Source of the DNA: Chloroflexota bacterium
GTDB lineage: Bacteria > Chloroflexota > Dehalococcoidia > Dehalococcoidales > JAZDNC01
Length of the DNA: 64,000 nucleotides
Assembly (NCBI GenBank): GCA_043800335.1
Contig: JAZDNC010000012.1
Coordinates: forward strand, 1,017-65,016
Direction: 5' to 3'
Part shown: piece by piece, positions 1-10,062 of the stretch
Position numbering within the stretch: position 1 is the stretch's first letter
Layout: every line of letters begins with the position of its first letter
The notes under the pieces: generated by a model
Told to the model about the DNA's origin: nothing
Databases searched by the model: none
The model's input: the letters and a program-made list of their open reading frames with translations, nothing else
Made by a program: the position numbers and the translations under genes

Positions 1-1417
1 TGGCGTCTCCAGCTACGGGATGAATGTTAGCAATAACTATATGGTACCGAGAAGGGTGCTGTATCAGACTTACCGCCCCGGCTACTGGAAACCCCGCGAT
101 GAGGTGCAGCAGTATATGGCAAACCCGGCTCTGGTGGAGCAGGCGGTCAAGTGGCTACTGGAGGCAGAGAAACCGGTCATCATCGCCGGTCACGCCGCCC
201 ACCAGCAGGACTGCCAGGAGGAGTACCGGGAATTTGCCCATCTCCTTGGCGTCCCTTCGAGCGGACGGCGCACCGCCAGGGGCATAATCTCTGAGCTGGA
301 TGACCTGAACTACGGCAGAAGAGCCAGAGGCCCCGTCTTTGATCAAGCGGACAGATGCATCATACTGGGACTGAGATGCGGCATGCTGGAGGGTTTTGGT
401 AATCCGCCCTTCTTCCCGCACACCATCCGTTACTGCCAGATTCAGGACGACCATGAGACCACAGAACTCAATCTCCCCACCGATATTGAAGTTATCGGCA
501 ACCTGAAGCAGACCCTGAAGCAGATGATTCAGGTAGCTAGGGATATGGGCATCAAAAAACCGGTGGCTAAGTGGGAGAAGTGGCGCCAGTTTGTCAAGGA
601 CACCGAGGAGAGCTACAAGAAGCGGGTTCTCGCCAGGACCGATAGGATGGCACACCAGATGCCGGTTCACCCTGACCTGGTCGGACGCTATGTCTCTGAG
701 GTGATGAGCGAAGACTACAACAACGATTGTATATCAATCGTTGATGGCTTCACCGCCTCCGCCTACTTCACCGCCTGGAATATCGCGACGACAAGTGGCT
801 GTAACCTGGACGCCTCTGAGACCATCGGCATCGGACACTCCCCGGGCATGGCGCTGGCGGCGGGACTTGCCACCAACCGTGAGAAACCAATCTTTGCCGT
901 CATGGGTGACGGGGCGGTGGGTGCTGGTGGCATGGACATCGAGACCTGCGTCAGGTGGAATATCCCAGCAATCTTCCTGCATGAGAACAACAACACCCTC
1001 ATCAACGGCACATGGGAGTACTTCTGGGCTAAAGCCTGCGCGGTAGAGGGCAATGTACTTCATGATTCATGGGAGACCATGCCCTGGATACACTACGAGA
1101 AGATGTTCGCCGAAGTAGGCGCCCACCCCGAGTTTGTGGAGAAACCGGAGCAGCTCAAACCAGCGATTAAGCGGGCTTTCCAGGTAGCGATGAAGGAGAA
1201 GAAACCGGCCTTCGTCGAGGTGTTTGTTGACATGGACGTCGTCCACTCGTCCTTCGCCCAGCCGGCAAGTGTGGTCAGGACTGCCGCCCAGTTTAAGTGG
1301 GATGAGCTGCCGGACAAGGGGAAGAAGCTTATTGCTACCCAGCTGGTTTCCCCGGTATCTCTATCCAGATTGCCCAAGGACTACCAGGAGGGCATCGCCA
1401 CCTATCAGAAGAAGTAA
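1..1417 (+). CDS. Thiamine-diphosphate-dependent enzyme (acetolactate synthase / 2-oxoacid decarboxylase superfamily), 5' end off-window
   Basis: ORF 20..1417 stays open to nt 2. It aligns colinearly with about residues 200-662 of the 662-aa paralogue at 55430..57418 (roughly 85% identical by eye). ThDP motif GDGAVGAGGMDIETCVRWNIPAIFLHENNNT. Confidence 0.85.
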   Translation, partial: GVSSYGMNVSNNYMVPRRVLYQTYRPGYWKPRDEVQQYMANPALVEQAVKWLLEAEKPVIIAGHAAHQQDCQEEYREFAHLLGVPSSGRRTARGIISELDDLNYGRRARGPVFDQADRCIILGLRCGMLEGFGNPPFFPHTIRYCQIQDDHETTELNLPTDIEVIGNLKQTLKQMIQVARDMGIKKPVAKWEKWRQFVKDTEESYKKRVLARTDRMAHQMPVHPDLVGRYVSEVMSEDYNNDCISIVDGFTASAYFTAWNIATTSGCNLDASETIGIGHSPGMALAAGLATNREKPIFAVMGDGAVGAGGMDIETCVRWNIPAIFLHENNNTLINGTWEYFWAKACAVEGNVLHDSWETMPWIHYEKMFAEVGAHPEFVEKPEQLKPAIKRAFQVAMKEKKPAFVEVFVDMDVVHSSFAQPASVVRTAAQFKWDELPDKGKKLIATQLVSPVSLSRLPKDYQEGIATYQKK

Positions 1418-1480
1418 TTTAAGGATTTAGAAGGGATACCCTTCTAAATCTATTCTCGGGTGATAAAAGGAGGTTTGGTA

Positions 1481-3346
1481 ATGGCGACAAATGGCTACGC
1501 GGGTAAAATCCTGAGAGTTAACCTTACTAACGAGCGCATCAGCGAAGAGACCCTGAGCGAGGCGGAACTTAAGAAGTGGGTGGGCGGGTCTGGCTTCGGG
1601 GCGAAGTACCTCTACGCCGAGGTGTCTCCCGGGGTGCAGTGGAACTCCCCGGAAAACCGCCTCATCGTGTCTTCGGGCCCCCTCGGCGGCACCAGAATGG
1701 GTGGCTCGGGCACCATCTCTGTCGTGACCAAGGGGCCACTCACTAACGGGGCGGTGGCGACCCAGGCTAACGGCTACATGGGCGCTTTCATGAAGTTCGC
1801 CGGCTACGACGCCGTCATCTTCCAGGGGATAGCCAAGCGCTGGGTCTACCTCTACATGCACGACGGCAAAGCCGAGCTAAGAGACGCCCAGCACCTGCTG
1901 GGCAAAAACACCTGGGAGACTGAGGACGCCATCAAGGCAGAACTCGGCTACGGGGAGAAGGCGATGAGCGTCTTCTGCGTGGGACCGGCGGGTGAGAACC
2001 TGGTCAAGTTCGCCGGCATCTTCGGTGACAAAGACCATGCCGCCGGGCACAACGGCTCTGGAGCGGTGATGGGCTCCAAAAAGCTCAAGGCTATCTGTGC
2101 GGCAAGGGGTAAAGGCACAGTGGCGGTGGCTGACCCGGATGGCCTGGCCGATTCGGTAGAGAAGATGTGGGACGCCATCCAGGCTGACCCGGTGAGGGGT
2201 GTTGTCTTCAACTGGGGCACCGGGGGTAACTATGCCAGGGGTTCAAGCCGCACCAAGGTGGGCACCCTTCCCATCAAGAACTATACCACCGACCTCTATC
2301 CCCAGACCGATATCATCACCACTCAGTACGGCAGGGAACGCTGGAAGATAACGCCTGCCCCCTGCTGGTCTTGCCGCAGTCACCACTGCAATCTGGTTAC
2401 CTTTACTGAGGGGGCGCACAAGGGTCTTACCGTAGAGGAGCCGGAGTACGAAATGTATGCCGCCTGGGGACCCCTCATCGGCAATACCGACGCCGCCGAG
2501 ATACTGGTTCTCTCCAATCAGCTTACCCTCCTGGGGCTGGAGGGGAACGAAGCCGGTTTCCTGGTCTCCATGGTGATGGAGCTTTACGAGAAGGGCTTCC
2601 TCAAGCAGGAAGACACCGGTGGGCTTAACCTTAACTGGGGCAATACCGAGGCCGTGGGGACGCTTCTTGAGCGTATCGCCCGCCGTGAGGGTGCCTTTGC
2701 CAACGTTTTGGCGGAGGGCACGGCAAAGGCGGCTGAGGCTCTGGGACCAATGGCTAAGGAGTTTGGTATTTATGTCGGGAAGGGGCACTCACCGAGAGGT
2801 CACGACCACAGAGCCATGTGGCGCGAGATGTTTGACACGGCGACCTCCGACATCGGCACCTACTCATCGGGATACGCCGGTCCCCCTGACCCGGACGGAC
2901 ACACCTTGAAAGATATTTTCTCCCCGGAAGAGGTCGCCACCCACACCGCCAAAACGAAGGGAAGGCGCCAGTTTGAAGACTGCCTCGGTACCTGCACCTT
3001 TGCCACGTACGGCACCCTGCGCGAGCTTCTGGTGCCCTTCAATGCGGTAACCGGCTGGAGTTTTACCCCCAAGGACGCTTCGGACGTGGGTTTCAGGCTC
3101 TCCAATGTCCTCCGCGCCTTCAACCTCCGGCACGGTATCGGGGTCGAGACGGAGCGCTCTTCACCCCGCTACTGGTCGGCGCCGGTTGACGGTCCGGCCA
3201 AAGGCGTCACCATCCAGCCGCACTGGGATAAGATGCTGGACATCTACTACAAGGAAATGGGCTGGGACAGGAAGACGGGTAAGCCCTTCCCCGAGACACT
3301 TAAAGCGCTGGGGCTGGATAACATCGTGAAAGACCTCTGGAAGTAA
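1481..3346 (+). CDS. Tungsten-type aldehyde:ferredoxin oxidoreductase (AOR family)
   Basis: About 620 aa. N-terminus MATNGYAGKILRVNLT, GGSGFGAKYLY and the CWSCRSHHC cluster motif are typical of the AOR family. AAAGGAGG lies 7 nt before the ATG at 1481, so the GTG at 1460 in the track was trimmed. Confidence 0.9.
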   Translation: MATNGYAGKILRVNLTNERISEETLSEAELKKWVGGSGFGAKYLYAEVSPGVQWNSPENRLIVSSGPLGGTRMGGSGTISVVTKGPLTNGAVATQANGYMGAFMKFAGYDAVIFQGIAKRWVYLYMHDGKAELRDAQHLLGKNTWETEDAIKAELGYGEKAMSVFCVGPAGENLVKFAGIFGDKDHAAGHNGSGAVMGSKKLKAICAARGKGTVAVADPDGLADSVEKMWDAIQADPVRGVVFNWGTGGNYARGSSRTKVGTLPIKNYTTDLYPQTDIITTQYGRERWKITPAPCWSCRSHHCNLVTFTEGAHKGLTVEEPEYEMYAAWGPLIGNTDAAEILVLSNQLTLLGLEGNEAGFLVSMVMELYEKGFLKQEDTGGLNLNWGNTEAVGTLLERIARREGAFANVLAEGTAKAAEALGPMAKEFGIYVGKGHSPRGHDHRAMWREMFDTATSDIGTYSSGYAGPPDPDGHTLKDIFSPEEVATHTAKTKGRRQFEDCLGTCTFATYGTLRELLVPFNAVTGWSFTPKDASDVGFRLSNVLRAFNLRHGIGVETERSSPRYWSAPVDGPAKGVTIQPHWDKMLDIYYKEMGWDRKTGKPFPETLKALGLDNIVKDLWK

Positions 3347-3372
3347 CTTAGCTTTACCAAAGGGTGATGGTA

Positions 3373-3415
3373 GCTGGAGTACGGTCTGGTACGGCTGCAC
3401 TCCAGCACTTTTATT
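3373..3415 (+). terminator. Intrinsic terminator after AOR-1
   Basis: GCTGGAGT (3373..3380) pairs with ACTCCAGC (3399..3406) and is followed by CTTTTATTT. Confidence 0.55.
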
Positions 3416-3557
3416 TCAGCAGAAAACCCTTTATCGCCTTACCGTGGCACCGATAGAGATAAGCACTGTCTAAGAGGAGAACCCCGAGACCGACAAAGAC
3501 GACCTCTTATCCCCGCCCTCTCATTAGCTCGTCTGACGGGCCAGCTAATAGAGCGCT

Positions 3558-3594
3558 ATAAAAGAAAGAGCCAGAGATTTTTCACTCTGGCTCT
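3558..3594 (-). terminator. Intrinsic terminator after the zinc-ribbon gene
   Basis: Perfect 10-bp stem AGAGCCAGAG/CTCTGGCTCT (3567..3576 / 3585..3594). On the minus strand it is followed by TTCTTTTAT. Confidence 0.65.
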
Positions 3595-3609
3595 TGGTGT
3601 CAAACCAGC

Positions 3610-3912
3610 TTATCTAGTCTGTTTGACTTTGCGGTAGCAATCGCTACAGTACACCGGCTTACCACTCCGGGGTTCGAAGGGTACTTCGGTGGGTTTGCCA
3701 CACTCGGCACACACGGCAGGGAACATCTGGCGTCTGGCTCCATAGCCACTATTCCCACCAGAACGTTCTGCCTTCCTTGCCTGGCGGCATGAGGGACAGC
3801 GCTTGGGCTCATTGGTGTAGCCCTTAGACTGGAAGAACTCCTGTTCTTCAGCGCTGAAGGTGAAAGTCGCCCCACAATCGGAACACTGGAGCGATTTTTC
3901 TTCAAAACTCAT
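3610..3912 (-). CDS. Zinc-ribbon domain protein (two CxxC...CxxC units)
   Basis: 100 aa. CSDCG...CPSC and CAECG...CSDC motifs, and a basic tail. Confidence 0.7.
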   Translation of the reverse strand: MSFEEKSLQCSDCGATFTFSAEEQEFFQSKGYTNEPKRCPSCRQARKAERSGGNSGYGARRQMFPAVCAECGKPTEVPFEPRSGKPVYCSDCYRKVKQTR

Positions 3913-4092
3913 TGGATGACCTCCTCTCTTCTAATAGTTGGTTGAGATCCGGTCATCCAATACTTGAAAGTATGCGACAACACAGATTGAAACCACTGTG
4001 TATACTATACACCAATCCAATCTTTTTTGCAAGTCCACCGTCTTCGGACCCTGAACTGTGCTATTATAATGAACGAGAAAGGTGGAAAACTA

Positions 4093-4260
4093 ATGAAGCG
4101 TTTCAGTAAAAGGATTTATTGCCCTAACTGCCAGAGACTGGTCAGGTGGAACGAGCAAAAGGCGGGTAACGGCACCCAGTTCCTCTGCCAGAGGTGCGGT
4201 AAGCTTATCTGGCTTAAAGAAGGCTTAGCCTGGAAATACGCCAAGTCAGTCAAGAGTTAA
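4093..4260 (+). CDS. Small zinc-ribbon protein
   Basis: MKRFSKRIYCPNCQ...CQRCG. AGGTGG lies 9 nt upstream of the ATG at 4093. Confidence 0.5.
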   Translation: MKRFSKRIYCPNCQRLVRWNEQKAGNGTQFLCQRCGKLIWLKEGLAWKYAKSVKS

Positions 4261-4305
4261 GCCCAGCCTAACCATAGACGAGGTAATTCTGAGGGAGCCG
4301 CGCCA

Positions 4306-4749
4306 ATGCAGGTAATCAAGGTCATGACGCCCGATGAAGAAAGGCAGACCAGAAGAGTGAAGAGAATTGCCGCAGTTCTCCTGTTTGCTACTCTTCTTAC
4401 TCTTCCTGTCCTCTTCTGGCGATTGGGTTTTCCCCTGAACTGGCGGACGTCAGGGCACATTGGCAAATTCCTGAGCGGCCTCAAGTTTGACTGGTGGACG
4501 CCCGGGAGTGTGAGAGAGTTTCTGGTGGGTTTCACTCTGAATATGTCTCTAATAGCGCTTGGAGTCGTCTCTTTTACCACCTCCGAACTCCAGAATAACG
4601 ACATGGCGAAAGGGCTTCTGGCTCAGGGCAGGAATCAGATAACCATCTATGGCAGTTTATCCCACTCCACTTTTGCCATACCCCTCGGTATCGCCGGTGC
4701 TGTATTCAGTATACGGTACTTGTATCTCATCGTCAGCCGGCTGATATAG
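4306..4749 (+). CDS. Hypothetical membrane protein (about 3 TM segments)
   Basis: The ORF has three hydrophobic stretches. Its 3' end overlaps the convergent ORF 4647..5057 by about 100 nt, so the end of one of the two is doubtful. Confidence 0.4.
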   Translation: MQVIKVMTPDEERQTRRVKRIAAVLLFATLLTLPVLFWRLGFPLNWRTSGHIGKFLSGLKFDWWTPGSVREFLVGFTLNMSLIALGVVSFTTSELQNNDMAKGLLAQGRNQITIYGSLSHSTFAIPLGIAGAVFSIRYLYLIVSRLI

Positions 4750-5057
4750 TCGCCAGCTACTTTAATTCTCCCAGCCGCAACATCTCCCGTAGCTCGTGTT
4801 TTTTCACCTTGCCCGAGGGCGTTACGCGCCAGCCGTTCCACGAAGAAGACCCACGTCGGCTTTTTGTAGCTGGCGAGTAAATTTGCCAGTCCCCAGATAG
4901 CGTTAGTAACCGGGGATGACTCTCCTACTCCGGGCGGCTTGGCGAAAGGACTGGGAAAGCTCTTGCCTGAGACACCGTAAACAAAATGAGGCACCCCGTT
5001 AGCCAGAAGAATGCCAGCAAAGAAGCAGACTAAAGACCACATCGCTACTGCCTCCAT
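4647..5057 (-). CDS. Hypothetical small membrane protein, possibly truncated or frameshifted
   Basis: The N-terminal 65 aa are membrane-like (WSLVCFFAGILLANGVPHF...WGLANLLASY). The C-terminal half has non-protein-like composition after an A-run near 4860. Confidence 0.3.
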   Translation of the reverse strand: MEAVAMWSLVCFFAGILLANGVPHFVYGVSGKSFPSPFAKPPGVGESSPVTNAIWGLANLLASYKKPTWVFFVERLARNALGQGEKTRATGDVAAGRIKVAGDYISRLTMRYKYRILNTAPAIPRGMAKVEWDKLP

Positions 5058-5063
5058 TCACTT

Positions 5064-5633
5064 CTAATTTTCTGAGCCGAGCTTTCTACCTAGCGCATAG
5101 GCTTCCTTGAGCAGAGCCGGGTTTTCCTTTATCTCACCAGCCCGCCAGGCGCTGCCGTGGACAATGCCGACAATCTCGACATGAAGGTAGTTGAAAATAT
5201 CCCGGAACATGTTGATGGCATTAACCGCCCCCGAAACAATGGCGTCGGCATCACCATAGGTGAGGAGAATGCCGATTTTCTTTCCGGCAAGGGGATTACC
5301 GGCTCTTCCCTGTAACGCATACCAGCGGTCAAGGAAGAGCTTGGTCTGGGCAGAGACAGAAAAGAAGTAGATGGGACTGGCGATGACGATGGCATCAGCC
5401 GCTCTGAGCTTCGGATATAGAATCTGCATATCGTCTTTGCCCACACAACCTGTGGCAGCCCTTTTTTGACAGGCACCGCAGGCGTCACAGGGCGCGATTG
5501 CCATCTCGCTGAGATGGAAGCTTTCAACCTTTGCTCCTGCTGATTCAACCCCCTTTATCACTTTTTTCGCCAGAATCTCACTGTTGCCGTTCTTTCTGGG
5601 ACTGCCCAAAAGGACCAGAACTCTCTTTGCCAC
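5064..5633 (-). CDS. Iron-sulfur flavoprotein / NADPH-dependent FMN reductase family
   Basis: VLVLLGSPRKNGNS flavodoxin-like P-loop. Compact CDACGACQKRAATGC (Cx2Cx2Cx7C) motif as in Isf proteins. The GTG at 5633 is preceded by AAGGAG, so the 279-aa track ORF was trimmed. Confidence 0.8.
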   Translation of the reverse strand: MAKRVLVLLGSPRKNGNSEILAKKVIKGVESAGAKVESFHLSEMAIAPCDACGACQKRAATGCVGKDDMQILYPKLRAADAIVIASPIYFFSVSAQTKLFLDRWYALQGRAGNPLAGKKIGILLTYGDADAIVSGAVNAINMFRDIFNYLHVEIVGIVHGSAWRAGEIKENPALLKEAYALGRKLGSEN

Positions 5634-5957
5634 CAGCTTCTCCTTTACTGAGCAACTTTGGACGCCCAAGTTTAGCCTAAATGACAGCCACTTGCCAATA
5701 AGAATTGATGACATTGCGAGCAGGAGTAACTTGGGCGTGGGCAATCTATCTGTGCTGTCATTCCCACGCCGGCGGCAATCCAGAGTAGAGAGGAGACCAG
5801 ACTCGCGGAGCAGCCTTGATAATGATAGGGAACAAACTAGGAAGAGCTCCCCCTCTGACACTTCACCGCCACGCAGACACTCTTGAACACTATCATATGC
5901 CAAGCTATAATGTAAGATTAGTAGGTAGTTTCATCCGTTTCATACAGAGGTGAAAGC

Positions 5958-6224
5958 ATGGATATCCGTGGCTTTGAGTTCTTCGGTAGCGCCACCGTCG
6001 GACTGAGGGGGCAGGTGGTCCTGCCGGCTAAACTCCGGCAGAAGCTCAGAATCGCCGCCGGCGAGAAGTTCATCGTCCTCGCCCACAATCTGATGCCCTT
6101 CCCGCACATCGTCTTCATCAAGTCCGAGGACATGACCTCACTCTTCCAGAAGATATTTGGCAGGGACTACTTGCTTCCAGCGCGCCAGTCTAAAAAGCTC
6201 AGGCAGGTCACCCGTGAAAAATAG
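5958..6224 (+). CDS. AbrB/MazE/SpoVT-family DNA-binding protein
   Basis: GQVVLPAKLRQKLRIAAGEKFIV looped-hinge-helix signature. Confidence 0.75.
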   Translation: MDIRGFEFFGSATVGLRGQVVLPAKLRQKLRIAAGEKFIVLAHNLMPFPHIVFIKSEDMTSLFQKIFGRDYLLPARQSKKLRQVTREK

Positions 6225-7488
6225 ACTGCTTAAACTGAGCCTTTTTCTGTTCGCAGTGAGCCTGCTCATGGTTAGTGTCTCCTGCCGAAGTAGTAATCAG
6301 GTTGAGCGTCAGCTCTTTGAGGTCAAAAGAGACGACATCACACTCACCGTATCCGCCGATGGCAATCTCTCTCTCGTATCCAGCCGTAGGCTCACCTTCG
6401 CCACTAGTGGCACCGTTACCGAGATAGCGGTCAAAGAGGGAGAACGAGTGAGCGAAAGTCAGGTACTAGCCCGCCTTGACACCGCACCACTGGAACTAAA
6501 CATAAAGACTGCAGAAATCGCCGTTAGTTCAGCGGCGATAGATCTGGAGATAGCCACTGACAGCTATAAGAAGATAACCTACCCCTACACCTACTACACT
6601 TTCGCCTTTGGTGTCCCCGAGGCTTTAGCCGCGATTGCGTCGGCTCAGAATAATGTTGAGAGCACTCGGAATCTCCTAACTTCAGAGCTTACGGTGGAGA
6701 CACTCGCCGAAATGAATCGCCAGCTCGACGATGCGGACACTAGCCTCAACCTCGCCTGGGAAAAACTGGGGCGGGGTCAGGGTGACGATGTATTCCTCTC
6801 CGGCCAGCTCTCTGTTGCCAGCTTCTGGACGCTCCGCGACGCCCAGCTCGCCATGGGAAAAGCCCAGCTTGCCCTGGACAAAGCCCAGAATGACCTGAAG
6901 AAAGCCCAGGACGAGCTCCCGAAGACCGTCATCAAAGCCCCCTTTAGTGGGCTAATCTCTCAGGCAAACGCCAAAGAGGGCGACAAATTGTCCTCCGCTG
7001 ACTACGCCAGCAAGGTCATTTTTGAACTCGTTGACCCCGACCGCCTTGAACTGATTGCAACGGTGGATGAGGTTGACATCGCCAGAGTTAGCATCGGTCA
7101 AAAAGCGACATTTACCCTTGACGCCCTTCCCGATATAACACCCGAGGGCGAGGTGACCTACATCTCCCCCACCTCACGCACCGAGGGAGGTGTTGTCGTC
7201 TATGAAATCAAGATTTCGGTTGACGCCTGGAAATACCCCGCCATGAAGTCAGGGATGACGGCTAAGGCTGAGATTGTTACCGATAGAAGGGAGCAGACCT
7301 TAATCATCCCGGAGCGGGTGCTCTATACCAGCGACAAGGGAGAGACTGCGGTCAAGGTGCTCGTGAACGGGAACGTTGAGGAAAGAGTCATCCGAAGGGG
7401 CATCGGTGACGCGACACAGGTGGAGGTGCTGGAGGGGCTCAAGGAGGGCGATACCGTGGTCATAGAGCGGAAGCCCCGCGCCACCTAG
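6214..7488 (+). CDS. Efflux periplasmic adaptor subunit (HlyD/MacA family), probable lipoprotein
   Basis: Signal peptide ending LLMVSVSC. Long coiled-coil region, then barrel domain. It precedes the MacB-like ABC pair. The in-frame GTG at 6214 was chosen as start, which is uncertain. Confidence 0.8.
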   Translation: MKNRLLKLSLFLFAVSLLMVSVSCRSSNQVERQLFEVKRDDITLTVSADGNLSLVSSRRLTFATSGTVTEIAVKEGERVSESQVLARLDTAPLELNIKTAEIAVSSAAIDLEIATDSYKKITYPYTYYTFAFGVPEALAAIASAQNNVESTRNLLTSELTVETLAEMNRQLDDADTSLNLAWEKLGRGQGDDVFLSGQLSVASFWTLRDAQLAMGKAQLALDKAQNDLKKAQDELPKTVIKAPFSGLISQANAKEGDKLSSADYASKVIFELVDPDRLELIATVDEVDIARVSIGQKATFTLDALPDITPEGEVTYISPTSRTEGGVVVYEIKISVDAWKYPAMKSGMTAKAEIVTDRREQTLIIPERVLYTSDKGETAVKVLVNGNVEERVIRRGIGDATQVEVLEGLKEGDTVVIERKPRAT

Positions 7489-7495
7489 GTGTAAA

Positions 7496-8179
7496 ATGAT
7501 TGAGCTTAAAGACATCTCAAAGATTTACCGCATGGGCAAAGTTGAGGTCCGTGCCCTTAACGGCTTGAGCCTGACGATAAACGACGGTGAGCTGGTTGCT
7601 ATCGTCGGGGCGTCAGGGTCAGGCAAATCGACCCTTCTCCACATCATCGGCTGTATCGCCAAGCCGACCATGGGAAGGTACATCCTTGACGGCGCAGATG
7701 TAAGCCGGTTGAACGATAACCAGCTCGCCAATATAAGAAGCCGGAAAATCGGCTTTGTCTTTCAGGATTTCAATCTCCTGCCGCGGGCGACCGCTCTGGC
7801 CAACGTGGAGCTTCCGCTCATATACAGCGGTGGACGCAGCCGCCGGGCGAGAGCCATAGAGGCTTTAAGCCGGGTCGGTCTCACCGAGCGCATGAACCAC
7901 AGACCAACGGAACTATCCGGCGGCGAACAGCAAAGGGTTGCCGTTGCCCGTGCCCTGATTAACCGGCCTCCCATCATTGTTGCCGACGAGCCGACAGGAA
8001 ATCTGGACAGCATCTCAGCGAGCGGAATCGTCTCACTCCTCTGCGGGCTGAACGGCGAGGGCATTACGGTGATTCTGGTCACCCATGAGATGGACATTGC
8101 CAACCAGACAAGACGCATCATCCGCCTCAAGGACGGCAATATCATCTCGGATGAGCTAGGGGAGGGCTGTAAGCCGTGA
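7496..8179 (+). CDS. ABC transporter ATP-binding protein (MacB/LolD type)
   Basis: Walker A GASGSGKST, signature LSGGEQQR, Walker B IIVADEPT. The TGA stop overlaps the next gene's GTG start. Confidence 0.92.
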   Translation: MIELKDISKIYRMGKVEVRALNGLSLTINDGELVAIVGASGSGKSTLLHIIGCIAKPTMGRYILDGADVSRLNDNQLANIRSRKIGFVFQDFNLLPRATALANVELPLIYSGGRSRRARAIEALSRVGLTERMNHRPTELSGGEQQRVAVARALINRPPIIVADEPTGNLDSISASGIVSLLCGLNGEGITVILVTHEMDIANQTRRIIRLKDGNIISDELGEGCKP

Positions 8180-9429
8180 AGCTCTTCGAATTCCTGTTTA
8201 TGGCGCTTGGGTCACTCCGTGCCAACAAGCTCCGCTCTGCCCTCACCATGCTGGGGATAATTATCGGTGTCTCCGCCACTATTACCCTGATGTCAGTGGG
8301 AAGAGGCGCTCAGGCGACTATTACCGCCGCCTTTGAACAGCTCGGCTCGAACGTCCTCTACCTTCAGCCCAGAAATCCGGCGGCGCCTGGTCTCGCCGCC
8401 TTCTCCGCGCAATTTGCCAGGAGCACTTTAACCCTCGACGATAACGATGCCATATTGAAAAATATCCCCTATATCACTGCATCGGCGCCGACTAATGAGA
8501 ACTATGTTGACATATCATTCGGCAACGAAGGAGAGACCACGGTGATTCACGGTTCAACGCCGGACTATGCTAACACCTATAACTATAAGATTGGCACAGG
8601 ACAGTTCTTCTCGGAGCGGAATGTCACCGCCAGAGACATGGTGGTAGTGCTGGGGAGCAAGCTGGCTGAAGATTTATTCGGCGAGAGAGACCCCATCGGA
8701 TTAGAAGTCGGTATCAAGAACAAGAAGTTCACCGTCATTGGGGTTCTGGAGCCGAAGGGGGGTAGTTTCTTTGGCTTCAGCATGGACAAGGTCGCCGTCG
8801 TACCCATCACCACCTATCAGATAAGACTTTTCTCCGAGCGTCTGGCGAGCGGTGAGGATACTGTCCAGTCCATTGCCATCCAGGTCTCGGGTAAAGAGGT
8901 GATTGAGGATGTGAAAGATGAGATTGAAACCCTCCTCAGAAAGCGCCATAAAATTGACCCCGACGAAAAGGCTGACTTCGCCGTTATCACCCAGGAGCAG
9001 TACCTCTCCACGGTGCAGCAGATTACGGGCGTCTTCACTATCTTTCTAGGCACCATCGCCGGTATATCCCTCATTGTCGGTGGCATCGGCATCATGAACA
9101 TCATGCTGGTATCGGTAACCGAGAGAACCAGAGAAATCGGGCTGCGTAAGGCAATCGGGGCAAAACGGCGCGACATCCTGACCCAGTTTTTGATTGAAGC
9201 CTCGGTCTTGAGCCTCTCCGGCGGCGGCATCGGTATCGCGCTGGGCTACGCCTTCGCCAGAATAATCTCGGCGATTGACGTCGGCGGGCAGACGATAAAC
9301 GCCGTTGTCACCACCGACATCGTCACCATGGCTATCTCCGTCTCGGTAATTATCGGGCTTGCCTCCGGGGTTTACCCGGCGCTAAGAGCCGCCCGCCTCG
9401 ACCCCATCACCGCACTACGTTACGGCTAG
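8176..9429 (+). CDS. ABC transporter permease (MacB/FtsX-like)
   Basis: 417 aa. N-terminal TM segment, large periplasmic domain, and C-terminal FtsX-type TM bundle (ERTREIGLRKAIGA). Confidence 0.9.
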   Translation: MKLFEFLFMALGSLRANKLRSALTMLGIIIGVSATITLMSVGRGAQATITAAFEQLGSNVLYLQPRNPAAPGLAAFSAQFARSTLTLDDNDAILKNIPYITASAPTNENYVDISFGNEGETTVIHGSTPDYANTYNYKIGTGQFFSERNVTARDMVVVLGSKLAEDLFGERDPIGLEVGIKNKKFTVIGVLEPKGGSFFGFSMDKVAVVPITTYQIRLFSERLASGEDTVQSIAIQVSGKEVIEDVKDEIETLLRKRHKIDPDEKADFAVITQEQYLSTVQQITGVFTIFLGTIAGISLIVGGIGIMNIMLVSVTERTREIGLRKAIGAKRRDILTQFLIEASVLSLSGGGIGIALGYAFARIISAIDVGGQTINAVVTTDIVTMAISVSVIIGLASGVYPALRAARLDPITALRYG

Positions 9430-9476
9430 ACTTTTTGGTGTAAAATAAGCAATAACTCAAAGCGGGAGGTTAAGAC

Positions 9477-9965
9477 ATGAGCTGGCTTGACATTTCAATT
9501 CTAGTGGTTCTCGGCATTTCATTCTTTATCGGGTTAAAGCAGGGAATCATCAAGGCGGCTATCACTCTCGCCGGCATGGTGATTGGGGTTACCCTCGCCA
9601 GCCGTTCTTACCTCATCCTTGCCCGCCGGCTTACCTTCATCCCCCGGGAAAACATAGCCAACATTGTCGCCTTTGCCGCTATTCTCCTTGCCGTTCTCAT
9701 CGTCGCCGCTATCGTCGCCAGAGTCCTGACCAAGGTGGCTTCGGCTATTATGCTGGGCTGGTTCAACCGCCTTGGCGGGGCAGTCTTCGGTCTCACCATG
9801 GGGGCACTCTTCTGCGGGGCGGCCATAGCAGTCTGGAGCAATTATGTTGGCCCCAATAGCGCCATCAGTAACTCTGTCCTTGCAGCGGTACTTCTGGACA
9901 AATTCCCCGTTGTTTTGGCCTTGCTACCACCTGAGTTTGACTTCATCCGCTCGTTCTTTCGATAG
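9477..9965 (+). CDS. CvpA-family membrane protein
   Basis: MSWLDISILVVLGISFFIGLKQGIIK start and four TM segments. Confidence 0.75.
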   Translation: MSWLDISILVVLGISFFIGLKQGIIKAAITLAGMVIGVTLASRSYLILARRLTFIPRENIANIVAFAAILLAVLIVAAIVARVLTKVASAIMLGWFNRLGGAVFGLTMGALFCGAAIAVWSNYVGPNSAISNSVLAAVLLDKFPVVLALLPPEFDFIRSFFR

Positions 9966-10062
9966 ACACCAACTGATTTAGCGACTTAATGGCAGAGGAG
10001 AAGACTGAAGGAATCGCCGTTATCGGCTTTGAGTAACAGTTATCAGATGCTTATTTGGCTTC

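Noticed and set aside
155-670. Many long antisense or out-of-frame ORFs in the track. Examples: 155..670-, 2243..2788-, 16034..16552+, 24327..24995+, 36118..36942+, 40095..40685+, 41039..41608+, 57075..57872+ and 58233..58727+.
   Set aside because: Each lies entirely inside a well-supported gene on the opposite strand or in another frame. Their composition is Arg/Pro/Ser/Gly-rich, typical of shadow ORFs in moderately GC-rich DNA.
3913-4092. Divergent promoter or operator between the two zinc-ribbon genes (ACACAG...CTGTGT inverted repeat, TTGAAA hexamers).
   Set aside because: The hexamer spacings do not give a convincing -35/-10 pair, and the 6-bp inverted repeat is too short to call.
5634-5903. 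N-terminal 90-aa extension of the flavoprotein ORF (track 5064..5903).
   Set aside because: The extension has no flavodoxin-like sequence. A GTG with AAGGAG lies 6 nt upstream directly before the conserved VLVLLGSPRKNGNS start.
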